A stretch of DNA of 64,000 nucleotides from Mayamaea pseudoterrestris (lineage: Eukaryota), in NCBI GenBank assembly GCA_027923505.1, contig BROI01000022.1, positions 62,001 through 126,000 on the forward strand. The letters are read 5' to 3'. Made by a program: the position numbers and the translations under genes. Positions 37,482 to 47,971 of this stretch are shown here, in pieces; the first letter of the stretch is position 1; each line of letters starts with the position of its first letter. The notes beneath the pieces were generated by a model. That model ran no database searches. It was not told where the DNA came from and saw nothing but the letters and a program-made list of their open reading frames with translations.

Positions 37482-40475
37482 ATGAGCGAAGTTGATGGCT
37501 GCAACAATAGTAGCAGCAATGCGAGAAATAATCGCTTGTCATGGTCGCAAAGCATTGAGGGAAAATACAACCTAAGCGGAGGCTGCAGCCAGACGAACCA
37601 AAGCAGCAATTCACAGCAGGACTATCAGCCTCATCATCAAAGCCAACTCTCCGATATTTTGACTCAGACAGCTGAATTAACGCAACTAGGAGACTGTGAG
37701 GAAGACTCAGTTGCACTCTCGCCGCTTCCTCCATTTTCTCCGTCGGCTCAACGCAAGATTCCTTGGGGTCGACTCATGCCTTGCAGTAGCGACTCGGCCA
37801 AGGCGATTGACTTGTATCCGCGCGAACCTCTTGATCGAGACAATAATCATCAGCAGCAGCATACAACAGCAGCTACTGCAAGTAATACTCCAGGGGTCTT
37901 CTTTCTCGGCTTGTCCGACATTCATCCTTCGCAAATATTTAATGTTTACACGCTCGGCCGATCCTCCAAGGCGGACGTTCCAGCAATCGCACCTTGCGCC
38001 GATGAACAGGATCCTGTCCGCAAGGCGAGTCTCCAGTGGGCCTTTGGCATGATTTCTAACAAGCATTGTCGCATTTACTCGCAGTTTGTCGCTCCAATGT
38101 ACATGGAAGTTTACATTGAAGATACCTCGGGCAATGGTACACTCATTAACCAAACGACGCTATTATTAAAGGGAGAGAAGCGGCTACTGCATTCAGGCGA
38201 CGAAATCTGCCTTGTCAATCCAGCAACGCTCCGCAAAAAGATTCGTCACGCTGGCGCACTGAATGAAATATTGCGCGAGCATACCTACATTTTTGTCAAT
38301 TTGCTCGTGCAGCAGCAGCAGTCGGCCTTTGGTGCCGCCGTCATTCGACGAGGCGTGGCCAATAGTCATGCCGCTACAAACGCACGTCACAGCATGGGCC
38401 CGCCAGCGTCATCCAGCAAGCGACGAGCCGCCGTGGATCCACGAGCCATCAAGCCGCATGGAGGTCGATTGCTTCCAGGCGCGCCGCCGTTTTCTGCGAA
38501 CGGGAGTCCATCAAGAGCAACAACATCAGCAAGCGCAACATCATCGGCACCCTCCGTCCGTCGAGTCGAGCTCGACTATGACATTCGCGACTTATTAGGA
38601 ACAGGCACGGTTGGAACGGTGCGGAGAGCGATTGACCGCAAGACTGGCATTGAACGAGCCGTCAAGATTATTTCCTTGCAGCGGCAATCCATGAATGGAG
38701 GAAGCAGCAACAACAACAATACTGACAACAGCACTGCCATTTTCCAAGCCGAAGCTGCCATTCTCCAAGGACTCGACCATCCGTACATTGTTAAGCTCAT
38801 TGCCTACTATATTTCGCCATCCAATGTCCACTTGGTTTTCGAATTATGCGTCGGTGGAGACTTGTTCGATCGCATTGTACGCAAAACCAAGTATTCCGAA
38901 TCGGACGCTCGCAAGGTCATGCGACGACTACTAGCCGCCATTTACTATTTACACGAGACCAAGCAAGTGGCACATCGTGATTTGAAACCAGAGAACATTT
39001 TGCTTTCATCCAAGGAGAGTGACATTGACATTCAACTCACCGACTTTGGATTGGCCAAGACTGTGAGTAACGAGGGCCTCAAAACATTTTGCGGAACTCC
39101 AATGTACTTTGCGCCGGAAATCTTGCAGCGACGACATACAATCATGGGCAAAGGCCGATACGGCAAGGAGGCTGACATTTGGTCGCTAGGCATCATTCTC
39201 TACATTTTGCTGAGCGGCGTGCCTCCGTTTGATCCGGATAGTCACCGCGACTTGGTCATTGAATTTCCGCACGAGTTTTGGGCATGCGTTTCCAAACCGG
39301 CGCAAGACTTGGTGCGAAAGCTACTGGTGGTTGATCCAAAGTTGCGATTCACTGTCTCCCAGGCATGTTTGCATGAGTGGATCTTGGAGGAGGATGGCGA
39401 CACGCACTGCAACCCTTTGGATGATCCGCGGCTTGTATCAACGACGCAGAAGCGACTCTTTCTTGACGGCATTGATCATCATGATGATGCTGCTGATACA
39501 TTCGACGACGGAAACGTTGGTCTACCCATTGATGGCGAAGACGACGGCGACAATGCGTCGATGTCAAAAAGAATCGTTGACAAAAAGTGCGTTAATATTG
39601 ACCAAGCTTCCGCTCGTCATTCAAAGGAAACTGCTGCTGTCGTTTCAACTGAGTTGAGTACTTCTAAACATCTCGTCGGAGAAAATGCAAGCGACGATGT
39701 TGCAGACCAGGCTGATATGGCTAGCAAAGAGTTTACCGACGAAGACATCGCGAATGACGACGATGTTCCGAACGAAACTGATGCACCGACGGAAACGAAC
39801 GACAAGCTAGCTAGTGAGAACGATCAAACACCCGAAAAAGTGACCAAAGTTCCAAAGGTATCACTCGGCGGCAACGCATCCGACATCAGCGATATGTACA
39901 GCCCCGAGTGTAGCGAGGCGCACAGCATTCGAGCGCCGCTCGAGCCCATCTTTCCAGTTCCCATCAAGAAGAGCTCCACCAGCAAATCCATGGGTAATCC
40001 ACCCCATGCCTCATCGTTAACAAGCCAAGCACTTACTGTTGCCGCGTATGCGCTATCGACAAATCATATGGGCGAGCTGGTTGAGGACGACATCATGTCC
40101 AACTTCTCGGAAAAGACCGAAAGCGTGTCATCCTTTGGAGATGTACAGCATGCCTCTGATGAAAGCTTTAACAAGATTACAATGCCACCGCTATCCGCTT
40201 TAGCAACTGTGGAAAAGACGGCCGCGAAGAAAATCAAAATGGCCCAACCAGACACCAAGATTGCGACCAAAAAGCGGCGCACAGTTGCTGCTAAACCGAC
40301 CGAATCAACACATAATGACTCGAAAACAATTAAAACGCGCAAGGCACCGGGCAAGAAGGCGGCAATTGGTAGTCCTTCAAAACAGGCCACAAAGAAGAAG
40401 ACTTCGACAGCAACTTCGAACGATGAAAATGGACGACAAACAACATTGTCCAGCTTTTTCGCGAAGCGAAATTAA
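37482..40475 (+). CDS. Chk2/Rad53-like FHA-domain Ser/Thr kinase
   Basis: N-terminal SQ/TQ cluster, FHA (LGRS...ISNKHC...DTSGNGT), kinase LGTGTVG, HRDLKPEN, DFG, TFCGTPMYFAPE. Long acidic then basic tail. Confidence 0.9.
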   Translation: MSEVDGCNNSSSNARNNRLSWSQSIEGKYNLSGGCSQTNQSSNSQQDYQPHHQSQLSDILTQTAELTQLGDCEEDSVALSPLPPFSPSAQRKIPWGRLMPCSSDSAKAIDLYPREPLDRDNNHQQQHTTAATASNTPGVFFLGLSDIHPSQIFNVYTLGRSSKADVPAIAPCADEQDPVRKASLQWAFGMISNKHCRIYSQFVAPMYMEVYIEDTSGNGTLINQTTLLLKGEKRLLHSGDEICLVNPATLRKKIRHAGALNEILREHTYIFVNLLVQQQQSAFGAAVIRRGVANSHAATNARHSMGPPASSSKRRAAVDPRAIKPHGGRLLPGAPPFSANGSPSRATTSASATSSAPSVRRVELDYDIRDLLGTGTVGTVRRAIDRKTGIERAVKIISLQRQSMNGGSSNNNNTDNSTAIFQAEAAILQGLDHPYIVKLIAYYISPSNVHLVFELCVGGDLFDRIVRKTKYSESDARKVMRRLLAAIYYLHETKQVAHRDLKPENILLSSKESDIDIQLTDFGLAKTVSNEGLKTFCGTPMYFAPEILQRRHTIMGKGRYGKEADIWSLGIILYILLSGVPPFDPDSHRDLVIEFPHEFWACVSKPAQDLVRKLLVVDPKLRFTVSQACLHEWILEEDGDTHCNPLDDPRLVSTTQKRLFLDGIDHHDDAADTFDDGNVGLPIDGEDDGDNASMSKRIVDKKCVNIDQASARHSKETAAVVSTELSTSKHLVGENASDDVADQADMASKEFTDEDIANDDDVPNETDAPTETNDKLASENDQTPEKVTKVPKVSLGGNASDISDMYSPECSEAHSIRAPLEPIFPVPIKKSSTSKSMGNPPHASSLTSQALTVAAYALSTNHMGELVEDDIMSNFSEKTESVSSFGDVQHASDESFNKITMPPLSALATVEKTAAKKIKMAQPDTKIATKKRRTVAAKPTESTHNDSKTIKTRKAPGKKAAIGSPSKQATKKKTSTATSNDENGRQTTLSSFFAKRN

Positions 40476-40619
40476 ACATACCACACACAATACATGTAGA
40501 TTCATACCAGCACACTAACTTATTTGTGTCCACTTTATTTGTATGTAGCGGCCGGCACTTGATAGCACCTTCGATTAACACTAATTTTCCAGAGAACGCA
40601 AGCCCAACGATGCAAATCG

Positions 40620-42731
40620 TTATTGTTTCTCAACCTCCAACTTTGATGTAAGATCATCTGCGTCAATGTTCTCTTCCTCGTCATCCTCCCACCCATCATC
40701 GCCGTATACGTACCCATGCAGTAGCTCCCCAACTGCTCGCATCACAATCAGCGTCATAGCAACGATCCTGAACCTGTAACGCGGTCGAGCAGATAGGATA
40801 GCAGTCGACATACCAACAACAACAATTGGTTGCGGCAACGCTCCCCGACAGCTCGCCCATCTGCACAAGTAACTGGCAATGATGAGACCAGATTTAAAGA
40901 CAGCAGTAAACAGATTAAGAATGGAACCATTGGGACTCAAAATTTTGTCGAAAAGTCTGTTGCTTCCGTTCGAGTTATGTCCAAATAATAAAGACACCAA
41001 GTTGTCTTGTTCCCAAATGGCCTTATCATTTGACTTCTTTCTACCCGGCATGCCTCGGCGCTTGGGTCGACGACCTCGCGCCACAGACAAGGAGTCATAT
41101 CCACTTTGTTTCTTCTGGTCCTCCTTTACCTTCTTGGTCCAACTGTTGTAAAACTCTCCGTCGTTATGGATACCCAACATCGAGTCGAAACGCTCCTCTA
41201 GTCGATCCTTCCAGTGCCTGGGCTTGTGACCTACGGCATTTGTATCATCTGCAGTGGCGTTACCGTCTGTATCGAAGCTTCCCCACATGATCCGGTCGGC
41301 ACTGTCGGCAAGAAAGTCGCCCAATCGATCGAGACTATCCTTATGCGCCGCAGGTTCGGCCCCATACGGAGAGTAGATCCGCTTACTTTTTGAAGGCGAG
41401 GATGACTGAGAGCGATTTCGCGGGCGGGCTTTTGGCGATGCTGACTTCTGATTATTAATTGGATCCTGATCTCGATCATTGCTGGCAAAAGCGCTAGCAG
41501 CTTCCATTGATTCTGCTGGCGGTAATCGTGCAAGTCGGCTTGGTTCTGCACGGCCTGCAGCTGTACTCTCCTTCAAATCACTCATCTTTTTTCTTGCCTC
41601 TTGCGCCTTTTGCAACCGAGATGCCGCGACACGGTCGGGTTTGACGTATTCGAATGTAACATCTCGGACGCCATCGTCGTCGGTGTACAAAAACTCATTG
41701 GCTTTTCGAGACAGTACTTTCGCCTTGTGTATAGCTTTCGTCACACTTTTCTTGGCCTTCTTTGGCAAGGGTGACGCTAGAAAGGAACCAAAGACGGAAG
41801 ATGGCACAGATTGTTGCTCCAGACGAGCTCGTCGCATCATGCGCTGCTGTCGGCGCACCGATGCTGTTGATGCACTTGGTGATGTTAATTCGCTCCTCAT
41901 GCTCTCCTGCAACAGCTGCTCCAGCTCCTGTCGAGTAGCAGCCGGCGAATACCGAATATTGAGACTATCTAGTCGCTCAAGCAGAGTTGAAATGGGCAAT
42001 GATGGCGAAGAAGAGTTGCGTGAGCTTCGCTGAGCTAAACGAGGCATATCATTTGTCGAGTAGTTTTTTCTTGTTTTTTCAGCATCCGAATTCACCGTTG
42101 CGCCTGCTACATACTCCTTTTGAAGCATCTGAATAAGTTCTTGCGGCGTCGCAGTGGGAGAATAGCGTATACCTCGTCGGTCGAGCTCCTGCAGCGTTTC
42201 CGCAAGCGTTTTCGTGGATGCCGTCATGTTGCTCCTATGAGTCTGCTGCAATGGTACGGAATCGTTTGTCGTCTGGAACGCGATGTCTTCGTTGCTACTC
42301 GGCGTTGATGCATGCTTATTGCTGCCTTGATTTTTATCTTCTCTACACGCAGTAGGTTCGTTCCGTGCTGCATGATGGCTGTCGTCATGATCCACGAGCA
42401 TTCGTTCCAACTCTCTCCGACTAGTTGTCGGTGCATATCGAAGATTTCGTGCATTCACCTGTTTGAGAAGCTCTGTAATGCTCAAGCGACTGTATATCGA
42501 ATTTGCGCTGTCTTGTTGTCGCTTCACAGCTTGTGTCTGAAGCAGTTGCGACGAGAATCGGCCATGCTTCAATGTCGCTTCTGGGGTGCGTCGGACTGCA
42601 CGATGATTGGGTGCCGTAATGGGAGATTGGAACGGCCGAAAATTGCGATTCATAACAAAGCATTGTATTCTAGCAAGACTGTAGAAGATATAACAGCAAA
42701 AATGTAGAGTCCATTGCTTCTGCAGCGCCAT
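40620..42731 (-). CDS. Hypothetical protein with three HeH/LEM-like repeats and C-terminal hydrophobic helices
   Basis: Long ORF; three copies of LxxLxxxxIRYxPxAxxxELxxLL; signal-peptide-like start ending QC-FVM; hydrophobic C-terminal segments. Confidence 0.7.
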   Translation of the reverse strand: MALQKQWTLHFCCYIFYSLARIQCFVMNRNFRPFQSPITAPNHRAVRRTPEATLKHGRFSSQLLQTQAVKRQQDSANSIYSRLSITELLKQVNARNLRYAPTTSRRELERMLVDHDDSHHAARNEPTACREDKNQGSNKHASTPSSNEDIAFQTTNDSVPLQQTHRSNMTASTKTLAETLQELDRRGIRYSPTATPQELIQMLQKEYVAGATVNSDAEKTRKNYSTNDMPRLAQRSSRNSSSPSLPISTLLERLDSLNIRYSPAATRQELEQLLQESMRSELTSPSASTASVRRQQRMMRRARLEQQSVPSSVFGSFLASPLPKKAKKSVTKAIHKAKVLSRKANEFLYTDDDGVRDVTFEYVKPDRVAASRLQKAQEARKKMSDLKESTAAGRAEPSRLARLPPAESMEAASAFASNDRDQDPINNQKSASPKARPRNRSQSSSPSKSKRIYSPYGAEPAAHKDSLDRLGDFLADSADRIMWGSFDTDGNATADDTNAVGHKPRHWKDRLEERFDSMLGIHNDGEFYNSWTKKVKEDQKKQSGYDSLSVARGRRPKRRGMPGRKKSNDKAIWEQDNLVSLLFGHNSNGSNRLFDKILSPNGSILNLFTAVFKSGLIIASYLCRWASCRGALPQPIVVVGMSTAILSARPRYRFRIVAMTLIVMRAVGELLHGYVYGDDGWEDDEEENIDADDLTSKLEVEKQ

Positions 42732-43082
42732 GATGGAGGAAGGAAAGTGGAAGGTCGAAATTGTGACGTGACGTGTCGATATTTCAAGTGTCGCAACTAT
42801 GTCGCAAAGCCAGTCACCACTCACTCATGAGCGTGGCTCGATCGATATCCACTCCCGCGGATCCAATACAAGCAAACGGCTTCCCATACTTGTCAATCAC
42901 CCGGTAACGATTCCACCTCGCATGAGCACCCTTCATCGACCATCCAAGAGGATCGCTCGAGGTGTGAGAACCCCGCTAGTAGGTCACGCTGGATGACGGA
43001 AGATGCATCAGTGATCCTCTCCCAGATACGTCTACAAAGATACAAGATCCTCGTTTCATCGTCCGCATAAGTATCAAGCAAA

Positions 43083-43942
43083 ATGCTGCTTTTCTTTTCA
43101 CTCCTCTGGGTCGCGCTTGCAATGCGCTCCGCATCTGCCTTTGTCACTCCATCAGATCCGCAGACGAAACCAGTGCTCCACAGGCCAGTCGTCACCATTG
43201 CCAAGGCCGATCGCGGCAAGGGCCACAACGTCAACAAGCCGCCCGTCTTGGATGGCACCTACCCGGGTGACTACGGATTCGACCCGCTTGGCTTTGTGCG
43301 AACCAAGGATGATTTGGAGTGGTACCGCGAGGCAGAAATAAAGCATGCGCGTTTGGTGCGTACCAGTATTTTTGTTGTCAAGGGGTGGCGGCACCTCTGA
43401 AGCCGATCACGATGCATAGTGGCATCAACATCGGCAACAATCTCTCATTCCACCTCATTCATTCATTCATTCATTCACAGGCCATGCTCGCGGCCGTTGG
43501 TTGGCCGCTTTCGGAATTATTGGATCGGCCAATTGGCAATTACTTTGGGGTTCGACCCGCCGTGGATGCCGCCGAGCGAGCGCCCAGCGTTTTGAACGGC
43601 GGCCTCGATAAGGTCTTGCCTGGGTACTGGGTCTTTTTCTTCCTGCTTGGGGCTTTTGTCGAATATCAATACTATATCGCCAAGGAAAAGCCGGGCTACT
43701 TTCCCGGCAATCTTGATTTTGATCCCCTGCGTCTCTATCCTGACGACAAGGCGGGCCAGCGTCGACGCCAACTAGCAGAGATTCGCAACGGTCGTTTGGC
43801 CATGCTAGCCGTCGTCACGTATGCCTTGGAGGAGTGGATCTACAAGCTCGCCGTGGTGGAGTTGACGCCTGGGTTCTTCAAGCCGGCGTGGGTGTGGTTG
43901 GATCATGGTGGAGTTCAAGGCGTGGATACGATGGTGCAGTAG
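43083..43942 (+). CDS. Light-harvesting chlorophyll a/c (fucoxanthin) binding protein, possibly Lhcz-type (exons 43083-43355, 43481-43942)
   Basis: Signal peptide + ASAF motif, [52 protein letters not shown]. Confidence 0.95.
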
Positions 43943-45516
43943 CGACAATATTATTAGCAAGCAGGGTTATCACTGATACATACATTTGCACTGCATAATA
44001 AACTAGTTGTGGACTAAAATAATAGTAGCTGAACGTTACCCCTTTCAACGCTGTTTTTGACTATTGCCTTGGTGACTAGCTGTTTCGCGCCTTTTTATTT
44101 AATGACTCACAGTCAAGTTGAAGTTTCGCCGCGCGCGAAAATGATGTGATCGACCATGGAGATTATTTGGAGGCCACCACATCTGACTCGCAAGCGTCAG
44201 ATTGATAAAAAGATTTCCTCTTGCTGTTCATGCAAGACCAAATGAGTTGCTGGATGAGCAGATTTTCGACTCGTCGAAATGCGTCGTTCGCTCGACAGCA
44301 CCAAACCACCTGTCTCCATCGACGGCATCCACAAGGAACAACAACAAAGGCCTTTCGAACAGCACTTTTCTCATCAATAGTACTGCTACTAGCATTAACA
44401 TCAAACTCGAGCGCACTGATTCAGCCGTACCAAACCGCCTACGCGTCAAACTTTTGACGTCATCACATGAGTCATTTGTGAGTCTCAGCTGTTTTTATAG
44501 TCTTTGGATACGTTTTTGGTCGAGCCAGGCGAGCTACTACCCTCAATCCTTAAATGAGAGAACATTCACAATTTGTTTGGACTTGGGCAAATTTTAGCAA
44601 GTCGACGAGGGATGATGCACCTGTTTGAGCCCATCTTTTATAACGTACATTTGGTCTTTAACATTGATTTAAAGCACTAGATCTATTGATTAAGTCAAGA
44701 GGCATCTATTGGTGTGATTACTTTTGTCATACAAGGCGTATTGGTCCCGCTGCTGCTCCATCTTTGGTCGAGTTGCATCTGGCCCTTCCTCGTCGCTCGT
44801 CACAGCCGCTCTTTTGAAAAAATTCTCATTTGTCCTATAGTATACACTTGCTTGCAACTTGCTTTTATACTTCACAAGGGATAGATTTCGCATAAAAGAT
44901 TCACTTGAGACCTTTGATTAGCGCTTTAGCACGTCGCAACGTCGCAGTAAAAGGATGCCACAAGGTCAATATCATCTGTGGGAATGAACGTTGAGCCCTG
45001 ATTGGAAAATGGGAAAGATTCATGTGCGCTGTAAAAAACGATGACTTGGATGTGCGTGGTAAGCTGGTTAAGCATTAAGGAATGTAATGGCAATCAACGA
45101 GGCGGTCGACGTCATGAATCGCCTCAGCTCAGCCTCGGCCAAAAATTTGGTGAGATATTGACAAAACCAACTAGTTACGCATCATTTTGCTTTGCACAGT
45201 CAAAGAATGCTTACTTATGATGTTATATTATCCATAGCCATCCAGAATTGTTACAGTTGAAAAGGTTTGTTTCCCATCGTCCAACGATGCAACCGCGGCA
45301 GTTTGTGGCAACGATCAATCCGACAGTCGGTCCTTCAACGGAAGGTGTGTATTAATTTAACCAGCATGCATATACATATAAAAGATTCGAACTGGCCGGC
45401 GTCCCCGAATTTTGATGACGTTTTGCTGACGTCAAAAGTTTGACGCCTATGCAGTTTCTATCGCTTTGCTCCGAATGGCGTTTGCCTATCGCCTCGTCGA
45501 TTCATTGACACTCACA

Positions 45517-46178
45517 GCCAGCAAGCATTCACCATGCGATCCGTTCCAGGCGATGGAGATTGCATGTTTCTCGCCGTTGCGCTGGCTGCACTGACAAGCA
45601 TGGGTCTTGGAGCAAACAATGCTTTGCTGACGGCCATTTCGCGCGAGCAGCGCAACGTTGTTGCCTCCGTATTAGAGTCTGGCAATGCTGCATCAGCAGC
45701 TGGCAACCTTGTCATTGAAGGAAAACGACTGGTTTCGACGGAAGCGTTGCTCAAGTCGGCGGCACGAAAGGAAGGTTTGACGACTGACGAGTACTTGACG
45801 CTGCTGCGCAAGGACGGCAAGAATGGAGGTTTGTACGGCGGAGGTCCGGAGCTAACTGTATTGGCGAACATTTTGCGGCGTCCGATTAGCATCTACGAAA
45901 TTGTTGATGGCACAGACGACAAAGGCGAGATAAACGCGGTAAATGGCAGTGCTGAACCAATCGAAGATTACGAGATTGAATGCAAGGGCGTCTTTGGCCT
46001 TGAAACATTTCAAGATCCATTGATGCAAGTGCCAGATTCGGCCATTCTTTCCAGCTCACTCCAGCGCGACTTTCAGGGAGCCTACAGTTGGCATATTCAC
46101 ATTCTCGTTGTCGATGCATCGCCTCGAGAGAAGCATGCCTGCGTTCTGCTGCCGCTTGCTCAAGATGCGTTACTTTGA
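45517..46178 (+). CDS. OTU-family cysteine protease (last exon; upstream exons unresolved, one candidate at 45258-45345)
   Basis: VPGDGDCMF (catalytic Asp/Cys), YGGGPELTVLANILRRPISIY, C-terminal His (HACVLLP). Preceded by acceptor CTCACAG. Confidence 0.8.
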
Positions 46179-46351
46179 CGAAAAACTTCCCTCGGCACTT
46201 ATAGCGCCGGCCATGCTCACGACAGGCGAAATTTACCGGAAAACCGCCATGAGCACACGGTGTTCGCCCTTTTTCCCAGACGAAGCCGTAGATTTTTTCC
46301 TCGTGAAGTCGAACCAAGCTTGCGACAAATCCTGGTTGAAAGTATAGCAGT

Positions 46352-47778
46352 ATGCTTGATGAAGTGCTTTGGCGTGTGTCGGGATCAGCATACATCAAAG
46401 ATATGGAGGCGCTGGATCGACAGACTGGCGCTCGTATCAGAGTAGACATGGCTCTCATGAATGGACTCTATAATCTTGATGCGGAAGGAGTGTGTTTAGT
46501 GTTTGATGCCATAGAGAGCGCTCCCATCTTTGAAGTGAATTATATATATTTTTATTATCCTCAAACGGGCCTGCAATTGAATCGATTTCAAAAATTGTTT
46601 CAAGTGCTCGCATCAGTTACGCGTCTTGATTCTCTCATTCTAACTTTTCAAGCTCGGGATAATGATGGGAGAGGCTTTGGTTACGCAATCTGCGAACTTG
46701 CGCGGGTAAATAGACTTTCTATTCACGCCAGTTGGATAATACACGAAGGCTTGATTGTTGGTTTGACCAGCGACCGTTTCGACATGGCACCTATTGTCCA
46801 GAGCATAAGAGCACAGCAATCGCTCATTGATATAGATATCCAAATGAATGGACTTGAAAGTTACCCAATGCTTTTGGAGGCGCTCCAGCATGTGCCGACT
46901 CTAAGACATCTGTCGCTAAAGAGTGGCGCCGGAATTTGTACGCGGGAGGTTGCTCTTGCTTTGGCTACCTTTGTGCAGAGCGATGCACCAAAGCTTCGAC
47001 ATGATATTGTTTTCTTTGATTTCTCAAATCTAGAGGCTCTTGCCACATTTTGCGAGGGAGTCATCGGATCCCGCATAAGAACCGTGAATATTTTGCGCGG
47101 CATTGTGCCTTTTGGTGACGAACTCGCGTGGGCCCTGACACATTCTCCCATGAGAGACATTTGTCTGTCGTGGCTCGCTTCATTTGAATTCGACTTGCCT
47201 GCAACCATGGCAGTGCTTAGCGCGCATCTACCTCAGATGGCCCAATTAGAAAAAGTGCTATGTGGTTGCAATCCGGCTGACGCTCCAGTTGGAAATTTTG
47301 TCGACACTGCCCTTGATGTCGTGCGTATAATTCCGACCTGCGCAAATTTGGTCTCGCTGGAAGTGAATATGCATTCGTTCACGGAAGAAATGGATAACGC
47401 GTTGGCAACCTGTATTCGGGTCAACTCGAGCCTACAAGAAATCTCGCTTACTTGTGTCAAACGTGATCCAGGTACTAGCACAGCGCCGAACGCGCCGAAC
47501 GCGATGCTGAAAGCTTTGGCCGCCAGTTACACACTAACATACATTCACTTTCAAACATATTCCGATGTAAGCGAACATGGAAAAGGCGGCGCTCGTACAT
47601 GGAACGCTTCTCTTATTGTGGCGATGGAATGCATCACGGCTTTGAACAGAATGGTCGAATTTACTTGCGCGATAAACCCGGTGACAAGAATATGGGATAC
47701 ACTGTGCTTGAAGGCGTTAAGGACGACATGGCATGTCTATATTATCATCTCCGCGAGAATCCGTCGCTCGTAAGATAG
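46352..47778 (+). pseudogene. LRR/RNI-like diatom family gene with a frameshift near 47650 (pseudogene or assembly error)
   Basis: LxxLxL periodicity. After LNR, the shifted frame reads NGRIYL...CLYYHLRENPSLVR*, a C-terminal pattern I recall from an expanded diatom LRR-like family. Confidence 0.55.
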
Positions 47779-47971
47779 AGCAGTGAGGCGCGTATAGTCT
47801 TGCCGTCAGCGCTCGACTCGTAGGCTAAGCCGTCCATTTACACTTTCGTTTTCAAATCTAAATAGCATATTTGAGTTATGTCTCATGGTTTACTTCGCCA
47901 TCTGCCTTTTTAAATAAACGACGAAGATACGTAGGTGCATTTACAATAAAGGAGTAGCTAGTTTCGAGATC

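Noticed and set aside
44084..44900. E2F-like TTTCGCGC sites and short ORFs
   Set aside because: Short motifs expected by chance and no identifiable downstream cell-cycle gene; ORFs lack features.
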